Positions 29,018-40,845 of a stretch of DNA of 64,000 nt are shown here, one piece after another. Below the pieces are notes generated by a model. It was not told the DNA's origin, searched no databases, and saw only the letters and a program-made list of their open reading frames with translations. Within the stretch, counting starts at the first letter, position 1. Each line of letters opens with the position of its first letter. The position numbers were made by a program, and so were the translations under genes. Source of the DNA: Polymyxa betae A26-41 (taxonomy: Eukaryota; Protista; Endomyxa: Phytomyxea); NCBI GenBank assembly GCA_003693705.1, contig RBZT01000734.1:26703-90702 (forward strand). The letters are read 5' to 3'.

Positions 29018-29799
29018 GATTGATGACGCAGTAATGATTGTTTCTATGTTTAAGTTAGTATGAGAGGGTTCCTGCAACCTCTGCTGTCCACTAAACAAAC
29101 CCTAATAATGTCGACTCTCTTAATTTCACTTTCTAGCATGTATGCTGTTCTTGCAATCGTTATAGCTGTTGGCGATGTCTCCAACTATGACTAAGCGATC
29201 ACTCTGCCTGCCGATGTCTAGTTTGGGATCCCATCAAGGTCCTACAGAATACTCTCCATCTGTGATGAGCTGGCCATGGCCGCTGACGCTTCGTGCTGAT
29301 CATCGACGTGGTGTGACGGGGGAAAGAACGCTGGCGTGGACGCCGCGAGCCATATTTGCTGCAACGAATATGAGACCTTTGACTTGTTGTACTGTAGTTT
29401 AAGAGAAGCAACAGAGTTCCATATCATTTGTAGGCAGTTGAGCTATTAGCTAACATGACGAAAATTTTCGTTTTCGTTCTCAAACGACAAGCACGTAAAC
29501 AAGGAGAGCGAGCTTCGACCCTTTTCCAGCTCGTATCAGATTCACCAGATTCCAGAAATATAACATATCATCCAAAGTATTCTGCATATCGAAGCTTTTG
29601 GATTTCATCTTCTGTTTCACTGCCTCTCAGGACCTAAAAATATTCAATCTTGCAATTCGATCCAGCCTATGTTTTATGTCATTTAAGATGCAGAAAAGCA
29701 CGTCGGGAATTGCTGCGCTGAGACCCGACAGACCTCGCAAAAACCATCTCTGGATAGTCGTCGTAGCAGCATCGTCGATCTCGGATTGTCTCGTGAACG

Positions 29800-30088
29800 A
29801 TGGGTGGTGGCAATGCTAATAAGACCATGATGTCCAGACAGAGGAACCAGGACAAGCTGGCCAAGCAGAAAGCAGGCGGGAACAGCCAGCTGAAAGAGAA
29901 GCAGAAGATCATGAATATCATCTGCAAGGTTTTTTATTCGATCGACTTTATTTATTTTTTTGAATTCGGTTTAGGTCTGTAGACAATCTTTCATGTGTAC
30001 TACGACCATGGTCGATATGCAGACCCATCACCAAACTCGACACCCGAAGCTCTCCTTCGAACAATGTTTCGACGCTCCGAAGAATTAA
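29800..30088 (+). CDS. ZNF706/SERF(4F5)-like small zinc-finger protein
   Basis: MGGGNANKTMMSRQRNQDK...NSQLK...IICK|VCRQSFMCTT...MQTHHQTRHPKLSFEQCF. One intron at ~29928-29973. Confidence 0.88.
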
Positions 30089-30257
30089 ACGCCATGTAAC
30101 TGTCCCGATAGTGTAATAGAGAGCTGTACTTCTTACAGACTGCTAGAAGCCGCTCATAGCTGGAAATGCTATCGTCAGCTAGTCCATCGTATCCGTTTAC
30201 AAGACGCGATGCTTGCTGTCAAACTGCTGACGTCTTCACGTCAAACATCATTAAGCG

Positions 30258-32028
30258 ATGTGGATTTCTGCTGGTGCGACACTTTTGGTTATCCAACGCT
30301 CGTATATTGGCAGCGTTAATAACCTGGTTCTCCTCCGAATCGGTGTGCTGCAGGGTGCCTTTCTTTGGTTCGAGATTGTTGCGCTCCATTTGAACCGTCT
30401 TCATCCCGCCTGTTTTCGAACGTCTTCAAAAGGTGAGAGTTCGCTCGCCTATCGATGCGTTCTTGGCATCTCTTTTTAGAGTACTTCAATTGAAATGCTC
30501 GATATGAGAGAATCCTCTCCCAGATGCTAAACGAGATAACCGGAGACAGATTTCACCGGATCGCGTTCTTGTATAGGTTGCGATCGAGTCAGTTTGGGAC
30601 AACAATACGATCAAATAGCTTTGCATGTCGAAACAATGCTAAAGTTAGCCGACAGAATGAAATTGAGTTCGTTGATCGAAATTTACTGGCAAGAAAGGTT
30701 GAGCTTATTCGTAAGATATCTGAGCGGAATCTGTCTATAGAATATGTATCCCTTTTTGGTTAATTATTGTACATAAACCCATTCCTGCTCTGTTTCCGTC
30801 TCAGCTACCCTTCAAAGAGAGCTACTTCCTTGCCCTCATGAGCCGAACGAAGTTTCAGTCTGCCCACGAGCTGTTGTACGGTGAACGTCATGCACATTGA
30901 CCCCGTTCAGCAAGCAAGTGACGTCTGTCCGAGCAGATATAGCTGTTTAAAGCTTATCAAACCAAATCCTCATTGAAAATTGCCCTCAATCAAAGCAATT
31001 ATGTACGTCCAATCCCTTATGTCGTAATCCCGTCATAAAGAAGAATTCTTTAAGACATTTGGAGGGCAATTTAACACCGAATCATGGCGAGCATAGTTTA
31101 ATGCCATGCCGTCGGGCGGCTGACATCGCAAGCGTCTACTTTTAACTCTAACTACTGGCATCATTCCCCAGTGCCACTGAGTATTCGAATTGGCGAGATC
31201 CTACGGCACCAGCATGACCACCCTCTTTTTAGAATTATACTGAAAATAGCATAAAACCATCAGGAGTGCTAAAAACGGACCTGTTATTGGAGACGCTACC
31301 AGGGCTGTAAAACGTGGCAAATGGAAGTATGTCCGACAACAGGAGGATGAAGAGATCGTTGATTCTGATGGATGGATTAAGCGCGTCAGACCAACTCCAT
31401 TGCCTAGTCTGTTTACCGAATTCGAATGGGCGAGATTGGATCAGTTCAACGAAGCAACTAATCAAGACGTTCACAGAGCTTTTCTTCCTAAGACCAAAAG
31501 CGGGAAATTTTACATCGTACTTCCAAGTTCTTATTTCAGCGATGAAATGGTCGCTTTCCTTAGATCTATTGGAGTAAAATCTACATTTCTCAGGAGTCCA
31601 GAGGAGTTAGAGGTTAAAGATGAAGCATTTTCTTTCGGAAGGCTCCAGTGAGGCAGACTAACCTCGTCATTGAGAATAACGATATTCATAAATTTAAAGA
31701 ATTTTTTAAAGTTGTCTATAAAATCAATAGAAGAGGATGGGATAGTCATACGACCATGGAGAAGCGAAGACGGATACCTCATACCTGTGAGTGTAGTTAC
31801 ATAAGAAAGGGCTAAAACGCAATCACTACATCCACAGGTTGCTGATGACGCATCTCGTGCCCAGTTCAGAGCGCGTGAAAGAACTTGATCATATAAATCA
31901 GGTAAGAACCGACAATAGATTAACCAATTTGCGCTGGTGCTCGAGAGACTAATGATCTGAATCGTGATTTAGGTTAGACGATATGGAGGCGATTATAATG
32001 GACCCTGGTCGTGGAATGGTCATGACTG
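30258..32028 (+). CDS. Probable hypothetical multi-exon gene; structure unresolved
   Basis: Repeated plus-strand GT..AG intron-like spacers separate protein-like segments (e.g. RAVKRGKWKYVRQQEDEEIVDSDGWIKRVRPTPLPSLFTEFEW). I could not build a fully consistent frame. Confidence 0.35.
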
Positions 32029-32063
32029 AGAAGGCGCTGGGTGTAAGTCGAGAAGGGCGTCGT

Positions 32064-33150
32064 CTATTCGCTCTTATCATACATCAGATAGGTATAAACC
32101 ATTCGTAGCGAATGGTTTACCATTTCATCATGTCCTGTTACCACTTTTAGTTTCTTTCGAAGTTTTGTTAACATCGTATCGCTGTGAATTTCGGGTTTCA
32201 TTGATTTCATTTGATTTATCAGTGTTTGGAACTCTTCGAAGTTCATATTCTATGATGGGACTTCTTCATATTTTACCGTCTCTCTCGTTTTTGCTGTTGG
32301 TCGTTCAATAGTTCCTGCTCACGTCGTCCAGACACGAGCAGAAGGACGAGGACAAGCTCATAGAAGTCGTTGGAGGTTCGGTAATTTATTTAATTGATTC
32401 GCTCTTTACTGATTTCTATGTTTTGTTTCTGTTCATGTTTTTTGCTGTTGTTCACCCATACTTTCTGAGCCATCGTTACTTGGAGCTTGAGGATCGTCTT
32501 TTGATTTTCTTTAATTCGGTTTTGAATGATAATATATCGATTTTGATGTGTATGCCACATTGAGATTGACAAAGTGCTCTATCAGTTTCTTAACATTGAA
32601 TTTTTTGCCATTCTGCCAGTTTTTCCCAACTCGCTCTGTGTATAACATTACCATCTTTTATAAACTTCTGTGGTGCGGTCTCGCCTTCATTCGTCGCCAT
32701 CCTTTCTCCTTCCTGCTTTCTATCGTCTGCTAGTTGATGCAGCAGGGAGAACATCCTCGACTCTTTTGTCGCTGAAGGCTGATGTTTTCTTGATGAAGGC
32801 TGAAAAATTTCAACGTGAGATATATTAACAGTGATTGCGATGATCTGCTTCAATGATCTTGGTCTTGACTTTGGTTACGCAGGGAGCTTTCTGAGCTATT
32901 ATCTTTCCATTAAGTTACTCAGGTGAAAGTTCATATCGTAGGCCTGACAACATTCGAAACTGCTTCTTTGGTTATTTTGGAAGTTTGCCTTTTGTCCATC
33001 GAAACACTTCCATCATCTACTTTTGAATTCTTGCGTCAAAGCACGAGAGGATTCCTGTGCCAAACAAAGCTTGTCTCAACGCTGCATGTAGCGAAGCAGA
33101 GCCATTTTCCTTGTCACTATTGCTAAACAGCGGCTTTGGGAGCATCATAT
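32064..33150 (-). CDS. Possible hypothetical gene; structure unresolved
   Basis: Protein-like last exon (FEEFQTLINQMKSMKPEIHSDTMLTKLRKKLK...) and purine-rich coding-like strand bias. No recognisable domain. Confidence 0.3.
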
Positions 33151-33201
33151 CTCATCAATACATTTCGGCTGATAAATCGATTTAGTAAAATTTAGAACGG
33201 T

Positions 33202-33485
33202 TTAGATATGAAAAGGATCCTTTGGGCTGGACTGATTAGAACGTAATTCTTTGACCAGCATAGCCAATGCTTCTGGATTTAAACCTGCTTCACATAAACT
33301 GACCAATATGGCCAATGCTTGCCGATCTAGCCCTGTATTCAAGATTGAAGATATCTCATGCAAAACTGTGACATCGATCAGGGCGAGCATCGATGACGTA
33401 AATTAGACGTACGATCAAGAGCGCGATCGGCCTCAGACTGCTTGGCGTCTTTCCTGTCGGCGCCTCGATTGACGCTTTCTCTCAT
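33202..33485 (-). CDS. MZT1: Mitotic-spindle organizing protein 1 (MOZART1/GIP1)
   Basis: Spliced [24 protein letters not shown]|[42 protein letters not shown], the canonical MZT1 core. Confidence 0.95.
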
Positions 33486-33873
33486 CGCCAGGAATGATAA
33501 CGACCACTATCCGCACTATGACAGTTATATAATCGAATATTGCATAATGTGATTTAAACGTTGAGTATATGACAGCTAATACCAAAAGTAATACAAGTTA
33601 ATTAGTGAAGCTGCTGAATCTCACCTATTGTACGAAGAATTCCTGGGCTTGCGGTATAAAACAGCAATTTTACTGATAACAACAGACCTTAGTGGGGTTC
33701 TCCAAATTAAATCTGCAGAACGGCAAATGCCAATAAATGTCGTATATCGGATTTACTACAATCACAATAAAAATAAAATTTGGGCCTCTGCTGGTCAGTC
33801 TGCCTTTCGCAGGATAAAACCACTCCAACAGATTTGGTCGCGGACGGCATTTTTGCAGCGACATTTAACTGCG

Positions 33874-34767
33874 ATGTTTAATTGGAGATGGGCGATTTGT
33901 ATCGTTCATCTCGTGGCTTTGGCCAGTCCCTTCCCGATGTCATCAGTTAGCTGCTCAAAACCGAAGCCGCAGCTGCTCTCCTACTGCCATCGCTACTCAG
34001 AATCGACCTGCTGTCGCCAGCAGCACGACCAGCAAATTTTACAGAATGTCGCTGGTCTGCACGCCTCATCTGGTGACGAATCATTCTCGGCCGAATGTAT
34101 CGCTTGGACATCCCGCATGGCGTGCTCTGTCTGCGATCCACGAATATCAGGTCCCGACCCAATGTACAGCGACATTTGCCCATCAACATGTCGTTCCTGG
34201 TATGAAGCCTGCCATAAAGATCTATTCACCAATCATATTCGAACTGGACTACTAGCACCATGTAATCCAATGTCGCTGGTTTGTAGCTCACTAAGTGATA
34301 TCTTCAATGACGACCACATCACATTTTGTGCTCGATCCGGGTTTCGCGTCGCCGAAATCGATTCCGATCTGTGTTATCGTGGCGACGAACCGCGATCTGC
34401 TCCAAGATCACCTCGAGCTGAACGTCAACGTCCTCCGCCAACTTTCAATCGATCATGGTTGGGAATCGGCATCGCTCTGGCTTTAATCTTGGTCAAGATT
34501 CTGGTGACCGGCCAACCTAGGCCTGAGCCAGACCAACCTTTATCTGAAGATGAGATTATAGCCAGGAGGGCGCTCCTTGTTCAGAAATGGGCTGAACGAA
34601 ATTCTATCAATTTAACAAATGAGGACGGAACTGAACCAGTGAATCTGGAATCTGAAGTCGTTGCAACGGAACCGGGTTCAGTTTCAGTTGAAAATGACCA
34701 AGTATCAGATGCTCTGTCCGAACAAAGTATTAATGTACCAAAAGCACCTATTCCATTAAATACATAA
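33874..34767 (+). CDS. Folate-receptor-family (Folate_rec-like) cysteine-rich type I membrane protein
   Basis: Signal peptide, Cys pattern YC..YSESTCC....C.....ACSVCDP...ICPSTCRSWYEAC, single TM (WLGIGIALALILVKILV), acidic tail. Intronless. Confidence 0.75.
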   Translation: MFNWRWAICIVHLVALASPFPMSSVSCSKPKPQLLSYCHRYSESTCCRQQHDQQILQNVAGLHASSGDESFSAECIAWTSRMACSVCDPRISGPDPMYSDICPSTCRSWYEACHKDLFTNHIRTGLLAPCNPMSLVCSSLSDIFNDDHITFCARSGFRVAEIDSDLCYRGDEPRSAPRSPRAERQRPPPTFNRSWLGIGIALALILVKILVTGQPRPEPDQPLSEDEIIARRALLVQKWAERNSINLTNEDGTEPVNLESEVVATEPGSVSVENDQVSDALSEQSINVPKAPIPLNT

Positions 34768-34778
34768 TCAGCAGTATT

Positions 34779-37700
34779 TCAAATATTCATTGGGGCCTCG
34801 TTTTCTACGCCGTCGAACTCGCGGCTCAGAGGTCGAGGCCTTTTCAGGCGGCTGATATTGGGCTTGTTTGGGCTGGTTGGGCAAGATGTAGATTTAGATG
34901 GCCGTTCTGGTTTGGTAGGCGAGCTGTATGGAGGCTGCTTAAGCAAATTCTCCATTCGATTGGAAATCTCGTTCAGAGCGTGGTGGTGAACCTCGCGATA
35001 TCTCAGCTCGGATTCGAACTGCTGCTGGGCATCAATTGCTAACGACACTTGATCTTTGCAGACTTGACTGGTCTCTGAGAAATAATTACAAACGCCCTGG
35101 CGGATAGTTTTCACGTGAGATTCGGTGCTCAGCTGATGAGATTGGGTGCTTTCGAATATAGTCTGAACAGGTGACGACATGGCGGCGGAGCTTGACCTGA
35201 TCTCATCGTATCCTGGGCCCAGATAGTTCGTGAATTCGTCTGCAACATCAGCAACCGGTTGGCACGAGGTCGGAATTGTGTTCAGCGATTTCACAAGCGA
35301 TGTTAGCGAGGCCTGCGATTCCGTGATGTTCTGCGAGAGGAGTTGCTGTTCTGACCGACGAATGTCGGCATCGGCTGTAGAAGCAGCGCCGACTTTATCG
35401 CGAATGCCGCTGAACGATTGTATGAGGTTGGAGCTCATAGAATCGATACGAGAATCAATACTGGTGGCATGGGCACCAATCTCTTCAACAAGTTCGGCAG
35501 ATCGCGTCTGAACCATTTCGACCAGCTGCTGAACCAGCGAATCGCATTTCTGGCGAACTGATTTTTCTTGCTCGATGAATGACTGAATGAGCGACGTTCG
35601 GAGCTGGCCGACCTGTTGCTCGTGATGGTCCTGCTGAGACTTCATTGTGGCATCCAGCACGCTCCATTGCTGTTCAAGATCAATCGTCTTCTCTTGCATC
35701 TGAGTCAGCAAAGCCGACGAATTGGTCAAACCACCCTGCAGCGCGTTCTCCATCTCGTTTTGAAACGAATTCAACGAGGTCTGGAATCTCGTCTCCTGAT
35801 CTTCGCAAAAGCGTTTGATGTCAACTTGGAACGAGGACGTCTTTTGTTGGAGATCATCAAGTTTGGCACGAATTCGTTCTAGGTTCTGTGGAAGACCGTC
35901 CTCTTTCGTCACCGACGTCAAGAACGCGAACAGAATCGATAAATCGTTGTTCAAGGTGGAAGCCACGCGGACCATATTGTCCTGCAGACTCTTCGCCGAC
36001 TGGCTGACCGTGCTGGCCCAAGTGCGGGCGTTGTCGACAGCGATTTTGGTCCGGTTCGAGTGCAGTGCCAGAAAATCGTCCAGTGATTTACGGACGTCAA
36101 TTATATGGGCGCCGCACGACGAATGGCAGGCGGCGATGGCCTGAGCCTGCTCATGCATGGATTTGTCACGGCGTGAAATGGCCTCTTTGGCCTGGTCGCG
36201 CTCTTGTGTCATAGAGCAAAGCATCTGCGACAGTTGATCACATTTTGTCTGCCAATGATCCTGCTGTCGTGCCATCTCTTCCTGAAGACCATCCACTTCT
36301 TTAGCGTGGTTGTCTTTCATCTGCAGAGCTTCATCGCGTAACCGCTGATTTTTCTCGCTGATTTGATGCAGCTCCTGACGCAGAGATTCCATTTGTTCGC
36401 CCTGGCGTTCCAATGCAGTTTTGCCTTCAGCGAGTTCCCTCTCCATCTGTTCAAACTGCTCCGGAGGCAGAAAGACTCCAGATTTAGTTCGTTGAGCCTC
36501 CAGCTGCTTCTTAATGAGGCTCATATTCACCTGAAGGTCTCGAACGAAGGCTTTTTGAGTGACCCTGCAGTAGCTGTAAGACATGAGACCTCCCGTCGTT
36601 CTGTTCTTACTTTTGATTAACTTCGGGTCGATTGAGAATGTTCTTGGCCGTGTGAGCATATTCGAGCGTTTTCAGTGTTTCTTCGAGGCCTCGTTGCGAT
36701 GGAGAGATAGTCGCGATTAGAATGGTTTTTGCCTTTCCTCCAAGTGACTCTTGCAGCAATCGTGTCAGTTTACTTTCACGATATGGGATATGGCGTTGGC
36801 CTTGAACGAGGGAATTGATCACACGACCCAACGTTAGCAGTGACCGATTGATGTTTCCAGCTTCTTTGGCGCGCTGTCCAACAGCTTCGGATTTGCCGAC
36901 ACATTCGGATCCAGCCAGATCGACCAGATTTAGCTTTCCGATCTTGATGATACTTTCGCCATCAACTGTCGTCTCTTTCGTGTGAACTTTGACAGTAAAA
37001 ATTGTATGAGATCGAGACGACGCCGCATCTACCAGACATTCAGACGAGGGTAATGAAAGTGCAGGAATACTGAACTCATTTTGGTTTCAGCAGTTTTACG
37101 CCGATCCCAGCAACGGGTCAGTACGGTAAAAATATCAGTTGGGTCGACAACCAGAACCTTGAAAAGACAAATTCAGGGCAGCATTCAAGAGAAAAAATCT
37201 TCGTATCACCTCCTCTAAATTTGACACGAAAACGCCTTTCACGAGATCGTCAAAGATGCGGAGGTCGCCCTCATTAGAATCGGTCAACAGATCCAAAATT
37301 TCTTCAAACAGTTCTTAGCAAAATTTCTTATCAGGTGAAGAACGTAGATTACCTTCATTGTAGATTTCCAAACATGAGACATGCACCACACATTCATTGA
37401 CATCTTTTGTTTGTAATCGATCAAAGATCGCATGGATCGACCGGGGGATGATACCACAATCGACATTTCGATCGCCGTTCATGACAGGCCCCTGCATTGC
37501 TGTACAAATTGAGGCAGTTTTTTGCATGAAATGTTCGATTGCGTACTGTAGGTCTTTCCTGTTCCAGTTTGGCCATCTGTTTCGCTACACGTCAACAACA
37601 AAATCGTTTCAAAGTTGATACAGAGACTTACAAGCAAAAACCTAAAAAGAATGGTATAATCAGATTAATGAAGTCGAATAGCAGTGCACGCCTTACAGTG

Positions 37701-38006
37701 CAATTGAAACCCTCCAGAACTTCATCGACAATACCGGAGATGTCTTCAAATACCGATTCTTGTTGCGAAAATTCCCCAAAAACCGAATCGAATGCTGAAA
37801 AATATCCAATGTCAGGGATATTTAGGCGAATGCCCTCATGTATTACTGTAGGTCTTCTTGCAATCTTGGCCGCGAATCTCTGAGTGAACAGTCACTTGTC
37901 TCTCCTTGTTATTGCATGTGACGACAGTCGGATGACGTCCCTTGGATTCTGCCTCAGAGAGGGGCCGACATCGTACCACGACCTTGATGGCGTGTGCATT
38001 AGACAT
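34779..38006 (-). CDS. Kinesin-5 (BimC/Eg5 family)
   Basis: [79 protein letters not shown], kinesin-5 neck ([15 protein letters not shown]), long coiled coil. Confidence 0.92.
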
Positions 38007-38158
38007 GACGAATATATTTTGAACTCCACCAACAGCACAGCAATTAAAGATGCGCGCCTAAACTTCACTCCACTGTGTAACCGAACCTCCATAGGATGGT
38101 TTTTTAACGCACTTGTAAATAAAAAATTGCGCACAAGATTTGCTGTCAGATTTCGCTT

Positions 38159-39436
38159 TCACTTGTGCGCACTTTGTTTTCCAAATACCCTACCGGTTTT
38201 ACTGAGTATCGAACGAACCTGCGACAAAGGATTCGTCTTTCCCCGCTCTTTGCGCCCGTTGCGCAGTACTGTATTCCAACTGAAGGCACAGAAGCCTTCT
38301 TTCTGATGGAAATCAGTACCGGTTCGCAATATTTGAGAAATCGTGATTCGAATCGAGTGATTCGAAGGGAGTGGAATAAAAGTTCGATAACATTCGACTG
38401 AAAAAATTGCCGGCAGAAGATTCCCACCGGCTCGCGAAAGAATGGTCCACAATCGGAGCTGAGCGAGATCGACTAATGATGCAGTGCTCTCAGGAGATAC
38501 TGCTCGGACGAAGTTGGAACTTTTTTTGTAGCGATACGTCATATGGTGTAATTGGAATTTGAGGATCCTTCACGATGCCTATATTGCAATATTGAAATTC
38601 GGACATTGAAAGTTCTCAAGGGTCACACTACAAAATGCTTGTGTGCTATGGACAAAGGAAGCACACAGGCATTGAAGTTTGAACTTTTTCATTTGTATTG
38701 AGCATGATCTTTTTTGGTTATGAACTAACTGCTCATGTAATGAAGAATTTCTTAATAGCAAGCCAAACTTTCTTTTTCCACAGTGCATAATAATTCCAGA
38801 AAGAACGTACCGTCTTCAAAACGTTTTGTTAAACCTCGAATAGATGGCATTCTATATGGTCTCTTGAATACAGGGCATGTGCCTGATAGGGAATCACTGC
38901 TGAAGGCATCCTCTGGACAAAAAAAGATCTCTCTTCAAATATAGCCATATGCCATATGCGAAATGTGCAGGGGAGACGATAGCTTACCGGACAGAAACAT
39001 AGATTCATTCGGAAGTTGTTATCAGCAAACACAGGGTCTGTCATTGAAAGAGAATAGACGAAAACAAGATGAAAGAGAATCTTTAGAAATGGGACTTCAA
39101 ATTCGGCCTGAGAGCCTTGTACAGCATCTACAAGACACCTTTGTTCTAAGTCATTGTAGGAACTGCATGTTCATGTTGACAGAAATGACTTCAGAACTAC
39201 TTTGCAGTGAGTTGTCATTTAAAAGTCGCGGTAAAGCGAATCGTCACCACATTTGTGATAATATTACTTGCATGATTCTAATCAATGATGAATTCCGCAT
39301 CCAAATTCGATAAAGGAAATGAATTCCCCGCTTCCATCATTTTATTGATGTCCATAATCCAACAACCTATAGAGTATAACTCACTATACTGTAGAATCGT
39401 GGCAGCTGGGATGGGAGTTGTAACGTAACTTGGCAT
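38159..39436 (-). CDS. Possible hypothetical multi-exon gene
   Basis: Short minus-strand ORFs separated by intron-like spacers. No domain recognised. Confidence 0.25.
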
Positions 39437-39512
39437 ATTCCTGGACTTGAATAAAGTCCGAGACACATCAAGAAGGCCGCTTCACTCCGGCTGTTTGCTC
39501 ACAATCATCGTC

Positions 39513-40807
39513 ATGACAGCTGATGGTATCACGGAGGTCAGCGATACCATCGCCAACGTGTCTCTCGATGACAAGGTTAATGACGCCGACCAGCGTTACG
39601 ACCTGGTCCGCTCAATCGGCGAGGAATGCGTTCAGGAAGACGAACTCCGAGCTTTGTTACGCTCTGGCCGCACCAATCTATCGGCCTATGATGGATTCGA
39701 ACCATCCGGACGAATGCATATAGCTCAGGGCATTCTAAAGGCCATCAATGTAAACAAACTAACACAGTCCGGATTCACATTTAAGTTCTGGGTCGCCGAT
39801 TTCTTCGCCAAACTCAACAACAAGATGGGCGGTGATATGGACAAGATTCGAATCGTGGGCCAGTACTTCGTGGAGATCTGGAAGGCGGCTGGAATGGACA
39901 TGACCAATGTTGAGTTCTTGTGGACCAGTGAGCATATTAAGGTGGATCCGGATAAGTATTGGTTGCTTGTAATGGATATTGCTACACGATTCAATCTATC
40001 ACGAATGAAGCGATGCTGTACTATTATGGGACGTGAAGATAGTGATGATATGCTGTCATCACAGATCTTGTATCCTTGTATGCAAGCTGCTGATATCTTC
40101 TTCCTTAATGTCGATGTCTGTCAGCTGGGTATGGATCAGCGTAAGGTCAACATGTTAGCACGTGATTATGCCAGTCTGCCAGAGATTAAGAAGAAGGTAG
40201 GGTTTAGGGTTTCCAGTGTGAACCCTGCTGAATTCCTGATTGCAGTACAAGAAGCCAATTATCCTGTCACATCATATGTTGATGGGGTTGAAACAGGGTC
40301 AGGCGAAAATGAGCAAATCAGACCCGGATTCAGCCATCTTTATGGAAGATACTGAAGAAGATGTCAACCGCAAGATCAAGAAAGGTTCGCTTTACCAAAA
40401 CATCTCGTCTTGTTTCTTAGTGAGAACGTGTTCTTTACAGCTTATTGTCCACCATCGACTGTTGACGACAATCCTTGTCTTGATTATGTCAAGCATCTGA
40501 TCTTCCCCAAATTCGGTGTATTCGATGTAAAACGCCCTGAAAAGTACGGCGGCGATAAATTGTACAAGAACTGGGAAGAGGTAAGCGGCGAACAGTTTCG
40601 TGTTTTGGACGACTCAAAAAGTTCGGCATTGCTCAGGTCGTAGAAGATTATGTTTCTGATAAGTTAAACCCCGGTGATGTTAAAGATAACTTGAAACGAC
40701 TTCTGAACGAAATGATCGAACCTGTCAGACAACATTTCAAAACAGACCCCGACGCCAAGAAACTACTTGAACGTGTTCGTCAGATAACGAAAAAAGCGTC
40801 GAAATAG
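39513..40807 (+). CDS. YARS: Tyrosine--tRNA ligase, cytosolic (plant/protist type)
   Basis: YDGFEPSGRMHIAQG (HIGH motif), YPCMQAADIF, QLGMDQRKVNMLARDY, KMSKSDPDSAIFMED. 3 introns. Confidence 0.96.
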
Positions 40808-40845
40808 TAATGATCCGATTGGTAAAATTCAATGTTGCCAGTTTA

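Noticed and set aside
34779-35000. Missing BimC box in the kinesin-5 tail
   Set aside because: The box is absent in several kinesin-5 lineages and SP sites remain in the tail; not distinctive.
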